Positions 1 to 8,966 of a DNA stretch of 33,995 nt are shown one piece after another. The notes under the pieces were generated by a model. That model worked only from the letters and a program-made list of their open reading frames with translations. It did no database searches and had not been told where the DNA came from. The number at the start of each line of letters is the position of its first letter. Position 1 is the stretch's first letter. The stretch is from a virus. Lineage: Duplodnaviria; Heunggongvirae; Uroviricota; Caudoviricetes. The stretch is taken from positions 1 to 33,995 of the IMG/VR virus record IMGVR_UViG_2778261513_000009; one strand, 5' to 3'. A program made the position numbers and the translations under genes.

Positions 1-1362
1 ATGTTTAAACCGGAACTCCTTTCCCCGGCGGGAACGCTGAAAAATATGCGTTACGCTTTCGCTTATGGCGCAGATGCTGTTTATGCGGGCCAGCCGCGTT
101 ATTCCCTGCGTGTGCGCAACAACGAATTCAACCACGAAAATCTTCAGCTCGGCATCAATGAAGCCCACGCGCTGGGGAAAAAGTTTTATGTCGTGGTCAA
201 CATTGCACCGCACAACGCCAAGCTGAAAACCTTTATCCGTGACCTGAAACCGGTGGTGGAAATGGGGCCGGATGCGCTGATTATGTCCGATCCAGGGCTG
301 ATTATGCTGGTGCGTGAGCACTTCCCTGAAATGCCGATCCACCTTTCGGTGCAGGCTAACGCCGTGAACTGGGCGACGGTGAAATTCTGGCAGCAAATGG
401 GCCTGACCCGCGTGATCCTCTCTCGCGAGCTGTCGCTGGAAGAGATTGAAGAGATCCGCAATCAGGTGCCGGATATGGAGATCGAGATCTTCGTTCACGG
501 CGCGCTGTGCATGGCCTACTCCGGTCGCTGCCTGCTCTCTGGCTATATCAACAAGCGCGACCCGAACCAGGGCACCTGCACCAACGCCTGCCGCTGGGAG
601 TACAACGTCCAGGAAGGGAAAGAAGATGATGTTGGCAACATCGTACACAAGTACGAGCCGATTCCGGTGCAAAATGTTGAGCCGACGCTGGGTATCGGCG
701 CACCAACCGACAAAGTGTTTATGATCGAAGAGGCCCAGCGTCCGGGCGAGTATATGACCGCGTTTGAAGATGAGCACGGCACTTACATCATGAACTCGAA
801 AGATCTGCGCGCCATCGCCCATGTAGAACGCCTGACCAAAATGGGCGTGCATTCGCTGAAGATCGAAGGCCGTACTAAATCTTTCTACTATTGCGCACGC
901 ACCGCACAGGTTTATCGTAAAGCTATCGATGATGCCGCTGCGGGCAAACCGTTCGATACCAGCCTGCTGGAAACTCTGGAAGGTCTGGCGCATCGTGGCT
1001 ATACCGAAGGTTTCCTGCGTCGTCATACTCACGACGATTATCAGAACTACGAATACGGTTATTCGGTTTCTGACCGCCAGCAGTTTGTTGGTGAGTTTAC
1101 CGGTGAGCGCAAGGGGGACCTCGCGGCGGTAGCGGTGAAAAATAAATTCTCCGTTGGCGACAGCCTTGAGCTGATGACGCCGCAAGGCAACATTAATTTT
1201 ACCCTTGAGCACATGGAAAACGCCAAAGGCGAAGCTATGCCGATAGCACCAGGCGATGGTTATACTGTGTGGCTCCCGGTCCCGCAGGATCTTGAGCTCA
1301 ATTACGCGCTGCTGATGCGTAATTTCTCCGGGGAAACCACGCGTAATCCCCACGGTAAGTGA
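1..1362 (+). CDS. yegQ: Peptidase U32-family protein YegQ (RlhA, 23S rRNA 5-hydroxycytidine synthase), host gene
   Basis: Full-length 453-aa ORF whose translation (MFKPELLSPAGTLKNMRYAFAYGADAVYAGQPRY...) I recognise as E. coli YegQ; GC-rich host-like composition; lies immediately upstream of cyaR as in E. coli. Confidence 0.9.
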   Translation: MFKPELLSPAGTLKNMRYAFAYGADAVYAGQPRYSLRVRNNEFNHENLQLGINEAHALGKKFYVVVNIAPHNAKLKTFIRDLKPVVEMGPDALIMSDPGLIMLVREHFPEMPIHLSVQANAVNWATVKFWQQMGLTRVILSRELSLEEIEEIRNQVPDMEIEIFVHGALCMAYSGRCLLSGYINKRDPNQGTCTNACRWEYNVQEGKEDDVGNIVHKYEPIPVQNVEPTLGIGAPTDKVFMIEEAQRPGEYMTAFEDEHGTYIMNSKDLRAIAHVERLTKMGVHSLKIEGRTKSFYYCARTAQVYRKAIDDAAAGKPFDTSLLETLEGLAHRGYTEGFLRRHTHDDYQNYEYGYSVSDRQQFVGEFTGERKGDLAAVAVKNKFSVGDSLELMTPQGNINFTLEHMENAKGEAMPIAPGDGYTVWLPVPQDLELNYALLMRNFSGETTRNPHGK

Positions 1363-1396
1363 TTAATTTCGATTATTTTTCCCGGATGGAAAATTC

Positions 1397-1412
1397 TTAG
1401 AAACCGATCACA
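1397..1412 (+). promoter_or_regulatory. Putative CRP half-site pair (TTAGA-N6-TCACA) upstream of cyaR, with -10-like TATCAT at 1434-1439
   Basis: Sequence ttagaaaccgatcaca is centred about 42 bp upstream of the inferred cyaR 5' end; cyaR is known to be CRP-activated. The left half-site is a weak match. Confidence 0.4.
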
Positions 1413-1446
1413 TACAGCTGCATTTATTAAGGTTATCATCCGTTTC

Positions 1447-1533
1447 GCTGAAAAACATAACCCATAAAATGCTAGCTGTACCAGGAACCACCTCCTTAGC
1501 CTGTGTAATCTCCCTTACGCAGGCTTATTTTTT
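1447..1533 (+). ncRNA. cyaR: CyaR (RyeE) Hfq-dependent small RNA
   Basis: Sequence gctgaaaaacataacccataaaatgctagctgtaccaggaaccacctccttagcctgtgtaatctcccttacgcaggcttatttttt matches the cyaR sequence I recall, including the terminal hairpin and U-run; sits between yegQ and ogr as expected. Confidence 0.85.
1512..1533. repeat. attL core: left copy of the 22-bp imperfect direct repeat (cccttacgcaggcttatttttt) inside the cyaR terminator
   Basis: Matches 33498-33519 (cccttacacgggcttatttttt) at 20 of 22 positions. The right copy is the reverse complement of the P2 core AAAAAATAAGCCCGTGTAAGGG as I remember it. Confidence 0.7.
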
Positions 1534-1581
1534 GTCTGTAATTCACTGAAATAAAGGGATTTATTTCTTCCAATGTCCACA

Positions 1582-1598
1582 CATTGACCACATCGATA
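1582..1598. repeat. 17-bp perfect direct repeat cattgaccacatcgata, copy 1 (inside prophage, between att core and ogr)
   Basis: Identical 17-mer at 33552-33568; similarity extends upstream (tcttcca) with an 11-bp indel. Confidence 0.6.
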
Positions 1599-1600
1599 CA

Positions 1601-1631
1601 AAAAGCCCCGCAATTGCGGGGCTTTTCTTTT
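1601..1631. terminator. Bidirectional rho-independent terminator (stem gccccgc / gcggggc) at the 3' end of ogr
   Basis: Perfect 7-bp GC-rich inverted repeat with a 4-nt loop, flanked by A-run and T-run; lies just past the ogr stop. Confidence 0.6.
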
Positions 1632-1634
1632 GGC

Positions 1635-1856
1635 TCACAGCCAGGGCATTTGATGCTGACCGGTCATCGTCGGGTGCGGTGGAGCCGGTACGACTTCCCC
1701 CGGCGAAACGATGAAACGCTCAACGGTTTCAGTCGTGACAAAAGTACAACTGCAGTTGATGTTTGTGCACTGATGATACCGCTCTTTTGTGGTGTCAGAA
1801 AAATAGCGACTCGTGCGGGCATGGGCGGCGTAATGGCATTTCGGGCAGTGAAACAT
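1635..1856 (-). CDS. ogr: Ogr zinc-finger late transcription activator
   Basis: Translation MFHCPKCHYAAHARTSRYFSDTTKERYHQCTNINCSCTFVTTETVERFIVSPGEV... shows the Cys4 zinc-finger pattern and close similarity to P2 Ogr. The ORF track begins at an upstream GTG; ATG at 1856 is taken as the start. Confidence 0.9.
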   Translation of the reverse strand: MFHCPKCHYAAHARTSRYFSDTTKERYHQCTNINCSCTFVTTETVERFIVSPGEVVPAPPHPTMTGQHQMPWL

Positions 1857-1931
1857 GATGAGCACCTCTGAGCGTTTTCAATACAGTAATTTTACTCATT
1901 TTAACCTTATAAAACAAATACATATAGTAAA

Positions 1932-3101
1932 TTACTGCGCTATTTCTTCGCTCTCATACTCCACATCAGAAACCTTAACCTCAAGCTCTAAGCCCGTCGT
2001 GAAGCCGCTCCCGTTAAGGCTGTGCACCACACGGCTGATTATCCATGCCTGCTCGTCTATCACGCGCTTAAAGCCTTTCACGGCCACCGGCGTTTCGGGA
2101 AATAAATCAGCCCGGCCAGTGGCAAGCGTAATGGAAAACTCCGCCACGCCCCGCTGTATCTTGTCCCACTTTGCCTGAGCCGCGCGCATGGCCTGCGCAT
2201 TTGTGGCATAGATGGTCGTGAGCTCAAGAACGTTGTCCGACTCTCCGGCCATATACTCACCTTCCCGCGCTTCCTGCTCTTTTTTCTTCTTAGCCTTTGC
2301 TGATGTTTTGGTAGCTTTCGGGTGCTGCAGCGCGCGCAGGTGCTGCTCTTTGGGTTTACGTTTGAGCTTCACCTTTTGCTTTTGTGGTTTCGGGTCTCTG
2401 GTATGTAGCCATTTCGCCGTCACGCCGGTGTAAACCTCCCGGTCTGCAATGGCGAACTGATGGCGGTCGCCGTCGCCACGCTCGACGGTCATTTGAGGGA
2501 TCGGCTTACCACTGGCCGTCATCGCACTACCGGCTTTAAGGAATAATAATTTCCCGGCTTTCACCGACACGGATGCACCGTTACGCTCAGCAAGTCGGGA
2601 CAAAAACGCCGCGTCGGATTCCTGCGTCTGATCGATATGGGGAATGGCAATGGCTTTCAGGGCGTCAGCAACACTGGCCGTCAGCTTATTACGCTGCGCG
2701 ATGGTCTCCACAATCACCCCGAGCGTGGTGTCGTGCCATGACTGCTCGCGCCGCGAGTTTAGCGAGCCGCGAAAATCGGCGCTACGTCCCCGGATGGTCA
2801 GTGTATCAGGCGCACCCCGATGCTCGATTTCATCGACCGTGAAACTCCCCTTGTTGATCAGTGCGGAGCCCTGCCAGCCCAGCCACAGCGTCAGTGATGC
2901 CCCGCGCGGCGGCAGCTCAACCAGCCCGTCGGTATCATCGAGCGCGATATCGAGCTGGTCAGCCTCGAATCCGCGATTGTCGGTCATGGTCAGACCGATA
3001 AGCCGGTCGCTGAAATTCTGCGTGATATCCTCCCCGTCCAGCGTGAGCATATACGCAGGGGCAACACGCGCCCCGGCCTGAATATTCATTCCCGTTATCA
3101 T
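1932..3101 (-). CDS. D: Tail protein D (late control gene D family)
   Basis: About 388 aa, matches P2 gpD in size and position downstream of U. Start taken at ATG 3101, which overlaps the U stop (ATGA); an upstream in-frame start at 3122 is possible. Confidence 0.85.
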   Translation of the reverse strand: MITGMNIQAGARVAPAYMLTLDGEDITQNFSDRLIGLTMTDNRGFEADQLDIALDDTDGLVELPPRGASLTLWLGWQGSALINKGSFTVDEIEHRGAPDTLTIRGRSADFRGSLNSRREQSWHDTTLGVIVETIAQRNKLTASVADALKAIAIPHIDQTQESDAAFLSRLAERNGASVSVKAGKLLFLKAGSAMTASGKPIPQMTVERGDGDRHQFAIADREVYTGVTAKWLHTRDPKPQKQKVKLKRKPKEQHLRALQHPKATKTSAKAKKKKEQEAREGEYMAGESDNVLELTTIYATNAQAMRAAQAKWDKIQRGVAEFSITLATGRADLFPETPVAVKGFKRVIDEQAWIISRVVHSLNGSGFTTGLELEVKVSDVEYESEEIAQ

Positions 3102-3562
3102 CCTGCCAGCCCTCCCGCCCATTCACCGGCAGACGTGACCAGATTATCCGCCTGCGTTTTCAGGTCGCCATACATGGCCGCGAGCGACTCGTCGACGCGT
3201 TTCAGGGACAGAGTGAACTCGATTTTTCTCGCTGCACCGTCGCTGAAAAGCTCGGTGTGGTTATGAGTCACTTTATCGATAACGTACATCCCGTGGATCA
3301 TGCCGGTTCCGTCAATCAGTGGCCACGCACGCCCCTCGTCGGCCATCAGCTCAATCGCCTGCAACGACAGACGCCCGCCGGTGATTTCAGGGTAAAGCGT
3401 CCCCGACAGGGTGCGCGAGGTTTCCCCCTCCCCGAGAAACTGATAAGCCGGTCGTTTGCCGATACGGTCATTGGACACCCACCGGTAGTCCTTCGAATAC
3501 TGCATCGACTGATGCGGCAGGGTGCGCCGTTCAAACACAAAAAAGCCCAGCACCATTAACAT
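3098..3562 (-). CDS. U: Tail protein U
   Basis: 154-aa ORF between T and D, N-terminus MLMVLGFFVFERRTLP... resembles P2 gpU. Confidence 0.85.
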   Translation of the reverse strand: MLMVLGFFVFERRTLPHQSMQYSKDYRWVSNDRIGKRPAYQFLGEGETSRTLSGTLYPEITGGRLSLQAIELMADEGRAWPLIDGTGMIHGMYVIDKVTHNHTELFSDGAARKIEFTLSLKRVDESLAAMYGDLKTQADNLVTSAGEWAGGLAG

Positions 3563-3575
3563 TTTGCCCCCTCTC

Positions 3576-6014
3576 TCAGTCGAGTCTCATGTTGGATCGC
3601 TGACGCGCGCGCTTTTCACGGTCAAGTTTGTCGACGGCGTCGCGGAGCTGGCGGTCAAGGTCACCACCCGGCGCAACGCCACCCTGCAGGGTGATGTTGT
3701 ATTCGCTTTTGCTCTGGTCGATATAAGAGCGACCTGCAGGCGCAGTGACCGGCTGATACGCCTGATACCCACCATAACTCGCTGTCGCAGGGATATACCC
3801 GCCACCCGGTGAAGCCTTATCCGCGTTGGCTGCAGTCTGGTCGAGGTCGGTCGATTCTTTTTTGATAACGCCGAGTTTCTCCAGCAGCCAGTCAACCTTG
3901 CCGCTCAGGCTGTTAAACAGGTTGAGCGGCGTAATCAGCGCATCAGCCAGCGCCTGACCAAACGCCACGCCGACATTTTTGCAACTGTCGAGCGTGTCCT
4001 GCGTGGCTTTCACCGGTGCAAGCAGGTCTTTAAACCACTGGCAGACAACACCCAGCTTTTCCGCAATGGCATCAAACACCGGCGCAAGCGGGGTAAACAT
4101 TTCCCCCACCGGGGCAAAGGCGGCTTTTAGCCCCTCCACCACACCCGAGAAGAATGCGCCAATCGGCTCCCAGTATTTACGGATGAGCAGCGCACTGGCC
4201 ACCACCGCCCCGGCAACCGCCAGTACCGGCAGACTGATTGCGCCAATGGCCGTGACAATCGCGCCGCCGACCGTACTGAAAACCACACCGAGCACGCCAG
4301 CCGCCGCAATGATGGCATTAATCCCCATCACCACCGGCCATGCGATAAGGCCAATCCCGCCCATCACCCCGATCAGCGCCAGCGCGCCCCCGGCGACCAC
4401 GCCGAGGGTGGTCGCCAGCCCCTTATTTTTCTGGAGCCAGCCGTCAAGCCTGAGCACATACTGCGTGGCCGTCTGCGTCAGCTTACGCAGTGAGCCCTCC
4501 TGCTGGTCAAACAGGTCAGTCCCGACCGCCTCATAGGCTGACTGAAATTCTTTGAAGTCGCCGCCGAGGTTATCCTGCATAACCTTAACCAGCTCCTCAG
4601 TCTTGCCGTCCGAGGCTTTAAACGCGGCGGTGAGATTATCGAGCTTGCCGGTTGAGGCCGCCGTCATCAGCACGGCGGCCGCTGAGCTGGCCTCCTCCCC
4701 GAAAATGGTTTTCATGTATTCGGCTTTCTGGCCGGTTCCGAGATTATTTTTCTCAAAACTGCGCTGCATTTCTTTCAGGATGGAAAATATCGGGCGCGTG
4801 TTGCCCTTGCTGTCGGAGGTTTTGACCCCGAGCTCTTTGATGGCGTCGTAGGCTTTGCCGGTCGGTGCCTGCAGGCGACTCATGACCGCACGGCTTCCCG
4901 TTCCCGCCATCGAGCCGGTGATTCTGGAGTCGTGCAGCGCCCCCACCATCGCGGCGGTTTCCTCGATACTCACCCCGGCATTTTTCGCCACCGGCGCGGC
5001 ATAAGTCAGCGCATCGCTCATCCCGTCAAAATCGGCGGCGGTTTTGTTCATCGTCATCGAGAGAACATCGCCAATATGCGCGACCTTGTCGTTTGAAAGC
5101 TGAAACGCTGATTTCATCCCGGTCAGCAGCGCGGCGTTCTCTTCCATCGTGCGCCTGTTGGACAGCGCCATATTCAGCGTGACCGGCGTCGCCGCCTGAA
5201 TGGCCGCCGCATCCCCGCCACTTTTGGCGATAATAATCTGCGCCCCCGCCGCATCATCGGCAGAGGCCGCCGTATTGTCCCCGAGCTGGCGCGCCTGTTT
5301 GCGCAGCGCCTGCATTTCGGGTGACTGTTTGTCGACACCGAGCACCGCCTGCAGCTCTGAGTTCTTCTGCGCAAACTCATAGCCCGGCGTCAGCAGTTTA
5401 ACCCCGGCCATCGTTCCCGCCGTCGCAATACCGACACCGGCAGCGCCCGCCGCCGCGTTACCGGCCAGTGATTTACCGGCCTGATAACGTTCTTTCACCC
5501 GGCTTAACTTCGCCTGCTGTGCGCTGACTTTCGCCAGTGCCTCGCGCTGACGGTTGAGCTGGGCGGTGGTTTCACTGATACGGGATTTAAGCCCCCGCTC
5601 ATCATTTGCCAGATTACGGGTATTAATCCCCGCAGCACCGAGCTCGCGCTGCTGGCGCTTTATGGACTCCGTGAGGCTGTTGTATTTCGTCTGCAGCCCT
5701 TCGGCGGCACGCTTCGCGGATTCAAGTACCTGCGCCTGTGCGCGCGTCGGGCGCTCCGTATTTTTAAACTGCGTGGCGAGCGCTTCGGCCTCCTGTTTCG
5801 CTTTATCAAGCGCGTGACCGGTCACGGCAAGCTGTGCGCTGGCTTTTCGGAATCCGTCGATACGGGATGCCTGCGCATTCAGCTCGCGCAGGCTTTTCTG
5901 TGACGTGCGGATATCACCGGACAGGGATTTACTGGCGTTCTGAATCGCTTTGAGCGGTCGGCTTGCCCGGTCGACGGCATTCAGCAGCACCTCGATTCTG
6001 ACGTTATTGCTCAT
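3576..6014 (-). CDS. T: Tail tape measure protein T
   Basis: 812-aa ORF with a coiled-coil-rich N-terminal half and a Gly/Ala-rich hydrophobic segment; position after E/E' as in P2. Confidence 0.9.
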   Translation of the reverse strand: MSNNVRIEVLLNAVDRASRPLKAIQNASKSLSGDIRTSQKSLRELNAQASRIDGFRKASAQLAVTGHALDKAKQEAEALATQFKNTERPTRAQAQVLESAKRAAEGLQTKYNSLTESIKRQQRELGAAGINTRNLANDERGLKSRISETTAQLNRQREALAKVSAQQAKLSRVKERYQAGKSLAGNAAAGAAGVGIATAGTMAGVKLLTPGYEFAQKNSELQAVLGVDKQSPEMQALRKQARQLGDNTAASADDAAGAQIIIAKSGGDAAAIQAATPVTLNMALSNRRTMEENAALLTGMKSAFQLSNDKVAHIGDVLSMTMNKTAADFDGMSDALTYAAPVAKNAGVSIEETAAMVGALHDSRITGSMAGTGSRAVMSRLQAPTGKAYDAIKELGVKTSDSKGNTRPIFSILKEMQRSFEKNNLGTGQKAEYMKTIFGEEASSAAAVLMTAASTGKLDNLTAAFKASDGKTEELVKVMQDNLGGDFKEFQSAYEAVGTDLFDQQEGSLRKLTQTATQYVLRLDGWLQKNKGLATTLGVVAGGALALIGVMGGIGLIAWPVVMGINAIIAAAGVLGVVFSTVGGAIVTAIGAISLPVLAVAGAVVASALLIRKYWEPIGAFFSGVVEGLKAAFAPVGEMFTPLAPVFDAIAEKLGVVCQWFKDLLAPVKATQDTLDSCKNVGVAFGQALADALITPLNLFNSLSGKVDWLLEKLGVIKKESTDLDQTAANADKASPGGGYIPATASYGGYQAYQPVTAPAGRSYIDQSKSEYNITLQGGVAPGGDLDRQLRDAVDKLDREKRARQRSNMRLD

Positions 6015-6485
6015 GATGGTTTCCGCTTCGTTGCAGCGCCTTGTCGCGCCATGTCAGGAGCTCGGTCACGCTCAGGGAATATAACTCTGATGGCGGCCAG
6101 TGGAAAATCACCGCGATATCCGCCATCAGGTCATCGACCGACAGGTTTTTCGGAAAGGTCAGCGACCCGAAGCAGGCGACAAAAAACCGACCACCTTACC
6201 GGCCAGCGAAATCAGGTCAGAGGCATCGAGACGCGTGACCTCGTGCTCGGTCAGGGCGGGATACGTCATACGCGGCAGCACCTTAATCAGCGCATCAACG
6301 TCGGAATTCGCCAGCGAGGCCAGCGACACCCCGCGCAGGGTTCCGGCATTCGGTTTGGTCAGCGTGACCTGTTCAATTTTCTGCTCACCGCGCATCAGCG
6401 GGGTATCAAAAATCACCACATTCGGATTGACGGTTTCAGTATCAGCAACGGCAGTTTCATTGATATTTTTCATGGGTATTCTCAT
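6004..6485 (-). CDS. Tail assembly chaperone E+E' (fusion made by programmed -1 ribosomal frameshift)
   Basis: I translated the -1 frame by hand from the slippery site: it stays open through ...VACFGSLTFPKNLSVDDLMADIAVIFHWPPSELYSLSVTELLTWRDKALQRSGNHHEQ and stops at 6004-6006, overlapping the T start by 11 nt as in P2. Confidence 0.7.
6159..6485 (-). CDS. E: Tail assembly chaperone E (zero-frame product)
   Basis: 108-aa ORF ending ...GKVVGFLSPASGR; alternative start at ATG 6473 (MKNINETAV...). Located between FII and T. Confidence 0.8.
   Translation of the reverse strand: MRIPMKNINETAVADTETVNPNVVIFDTPLMRGEQKIEQVTLTKPNAGTLRGVSLASLANSDVDALIKVLPRMTYPALTEHEVTRLDASDLISLAGKVVGFLSPASGR
6180..6186 (-). 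other. Slippery heptamer T TTT TTG for the E/E' -1 frameshift
   Basis: Minus-strand sequence GGT TTT TTG read directly; 0-frame codons TTT TTG preceded by T, 7 codons before the E stop. This is the heptamer reported for the P2 E/E' frameshift. Confidence 0.75.
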
Positions 6486-6526
6486 CAGGAAAAGTGACCG
6501 GCCAGCCTCACTGACCGGGTAAGGGA

Positions 6527-7045
6527 TTACAGGCCAATCGCCCTGCGGTGTTCCGCCAGACGGTCGACGCCGTCGACTTTCAGCACCATGTTAACGACGT
6601 CAATCTCGATGACTTCGCGGCCATCAATCGTGAGCTGGTAATAGGCGCACTCGGTCGACATTTTGGTCGTGCCGCTTTCGCCCTGCTTGTTCTCACCGCC
6701 GTCATATTCTTTGTGACGGCCACGCATCACCACCTCGACGGCAGAAATCGCGCCGGTGTCATCACGCTGGAAAGAGCCGGTAAAGCGCAGCGGCACACTG
6801 TCAGCCCCCGGCGAGGCATACTGCGCCCACAGCTCAACGTCGGGCAGACCACCGAGCGTCCACTCCAGCGACAGCGCGTCGTCATCGAGGCCGAGGTCAA
6901 TTGACACCGCGCCCGGCATCCCGCCACCGCGATATTTCTCCAGCTTGCGGGTCAGCTTTGGCAGGGTGACGGACTCAACGACGCCCATGTGGCTGAGGCC
7001 ATCGTTGAACATATTCAGATATTTAAGTTTGCGGGGTAACGCCAT
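6527..7045 (-). CDS. FII: Tail tube protein FII
   Basis: 172-aa ORF immediately downstream of FI; size and order match P2 gpFII. Confidence 0.85.
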   Translation of the reverse strand: MALPRKLKYLNMFNDGLSHMGVVESVTLPKLTRKLEKYRGGGMPGAVSIDLGLDDDALSLEWTLGGLPDVELWAQYASPGADSVPLRFTGSFQRDDTGAISAVEVVMRGRHKEYDGGENKQGESGTTKMSTECAYYQLTIDGREVIEIDVVNMVLKVDGVDRLAEHRRAIGL

Positions 7046-7057
7046 GCTCTGAGCTCC

Positions 7058-8251
7058 TTAGCTGTTGACCGAGTCCGACAGATTCGCCAGATAGGTATCG
7101 GTGATGCGCTGGCGCAGGGTCAGGTTCTCCAGCGGCGGGACGGGGGTGTAGTCATAATCGATATACAGTTTCCCGACTTTCAGGGTCGCCGTCTCGTTTG
7201 ACTCCGGGTCATACCAACAGGAGCCGTCAACGATATACCCGTTATTTTTCAGCTCGCGGAATTTGGCATTGATACCCGATACGATGTCGCGAATGAGGGT
7301 CGGGGTAATGGGTTTATCCATCGCCCAGGCATGCGCCTCCGCCATTGTGTCGGCCAGTACCTGCGCGGTGCGGGTGTAGTTCTCATACAGGAAAAGCGGG
7401 TCATCTGAGCAGGTGCGGTTTCCCCAAAACTTGAAACCGTCATTGCGGATAAGCGTCGTAACACCGGCTTTGTTAAGCAGGTTGGCGTCGGTCGCGGGCT
7501 CCTGCAAATCCCACGACACCGAGGCGCTGACGCCGGTGACGCCATTCACGCCGACGTTTGACAGGGTTTTATGCCAGCCGACGGTCTGGTCAATTCTGGC
7601 ACGCAGACCGAGCGCGCGCGCCGTTGCCCAGGCTGTCGCAGTCTCATTCGCCGTTGTGTCCCATGCCAGAAAATCCGGGAAGATAACCATCAGCTCACGC
7701 TGGCTGAAATTCTCGCGGTAGTTAATGGCATCAGAAATGGTTTTGCAGCCCCACGCACTGACATAACCAAAGGCGCGCAGGCTCTGGCAGGTGGACGCGA
7801 GCGCCGTCGCCACTTCCTGTGAGTCCAGCCCCGGCACGCCGAGAATGCGTGGTTTCACGCCGGTGACGGTCTGCGCCGTCAGCAGCGCTTTCAGGCCGGT
7901 GTATTTGCCATTTTCGTCAGTCGTGCCGATGATGTTGGAAATGGTTTGTTTCTTCCCGGCCTCCGGATCATCCGGGTCTTCTGCGCCTTCGGCCACGCGC
8001 ACGGCCACAATGACCGGTTTGCACTGGTCAGCGATGGCCTGCAGGGATGTCGACAGCGTCCCCTTTTTGCCCGCCTTACCGATAGCGCTTTGCACGTTGG
8101 TAATGAGCACCGGCTCATTGAGGGGAAATGTCTTTTCGTCAGCATCGCTGGCCGTGCAGACCATGCCGATGATGGCCGTTGAGACGGTGGAAATGGTGCG
8201 CACGCCATCGTTAATCTCGATGACCTCTACGCCATGATGAAAATCACTCAT
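7058..8251 (-). CDS. FI: Contractile tail sheath protein FI
   Basis: 397-aa ORF (MSDFHHGVEVIEINDGVRTISTVSTAIIGMV...) matching P2 gpFI in size and position. Confidence 0.9.
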   Translation of the reverse strand: MSDFHHGVEVIEINDGVRTISTVSTAIIGMVCTASDADEKTFPLNEPVLITNVQSAIGKAGKKGTLSTSLQAIADQCKPVIVAVRVAEGAEDPDDPEAGKKQTISNIIGTTDENGKYTGLKALLTAQTVTGVKPRILGVPGLDSQEVATALASTCQSLRAFGYVSAWGCKTISDAINYRENFSQRELMVIFPDFLAWDTTANETATAWATARALGLRARIDQTVGWHKTLSNVGVNGVTGVSASVSWDLQEPATDANLLNKAGVTTLIRNDGFKFWGNRTCSDDPLFLYENYTRTAQVLADTMAEAHAWAMDKPITPTLIRDIVSGINAKFRELKNNGYIVDGSCWYDPESNETATLKVGKLYIDYDYTPVPPLENLTLRQRITDTYLANLSDSVNS

Positions 8252-8387
8252 CCGTTTAACTCCGTGGTTAAGGGTGAGTGTATTTTCTGTTGTGTGGTGG
8301 TGGCGGGCTATTTGTCAGGGTTGGATACGGTCTGACACAACCGGGGAGCAGGAAAGCGCGGGCAACCGCCCGCCTGAGTGATACCGG

Positions 8388-8966
8388 TTATGCGGGCAGT
8401 TCCGGCCATGTGATATCGGGTGCATCTTCGGGTTTGACCCTGTTGAGCATGACCCGATATTTTTTCCATTCATTAAGCGCGGTCGCTTCGTCTTCCGTTG
8501 CCATATCCAGATCAACGGCATCCTGCAGGGGGGCAATAGCCGATGTTGCAATCATCAGCAGGTTTGCTTTTTCCTGCGCCGCCAGCCCCTGACGAAATGT
8601 TTTTTCCGCTTCGGCATCGTGGATCCACTTAGCGCCATCCCATTTTACATACTCCCCGTCAGGAGCAACCGACACAACGTTATCAGGCAGAGCGCCCAGC
8701 TTTTCAATAACAACAGGCTGGCCTGTCTCGATGTCGTAGACAGTTGTCCCGCGATGGTCTTCAGTCTGCGACCACTTGCTGGCCTGTGCATCAAAAACAG
8801 CCACAAAACCCGCCGTCACTTTTGGGGGCGCAATATCGGTGCTGTATGCAGGCAGGCCTGTATTAGCCGGAATAAAGCCATCCCCTTTACCGATAAACTC
8901 ATTCGTGGCCGATGACAGGTTGTAAATCGTAATAACCCGGTTGGTGCTGGTCATTTTAAAAGCCAT
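8388..8966 (-). CDS. G: Tail fibre assembly protein G
   Basis: 192-aa ORF directly after the tail fibre gene; its ATG overlaps the H stop (TAATGG). Confidence 0.8.
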   Translation of the reverse strand: MAFKMTSTNRVITIYNLSSATNEFIGKGDGFIPANTGLPAYSTDIAPPKVTAGFVAVFDAQASKWSQTEDHRGTTVYDIETGQPVVIEKLGALPDNVVSVAPDGEYVKWDGAKWIHDAEAEKTFRQGLAAQEKANLLMIATSAIAPLQDAVDLDMATEDEATALNEWKKYRVMLNRVKPEDAPDITWPELPA

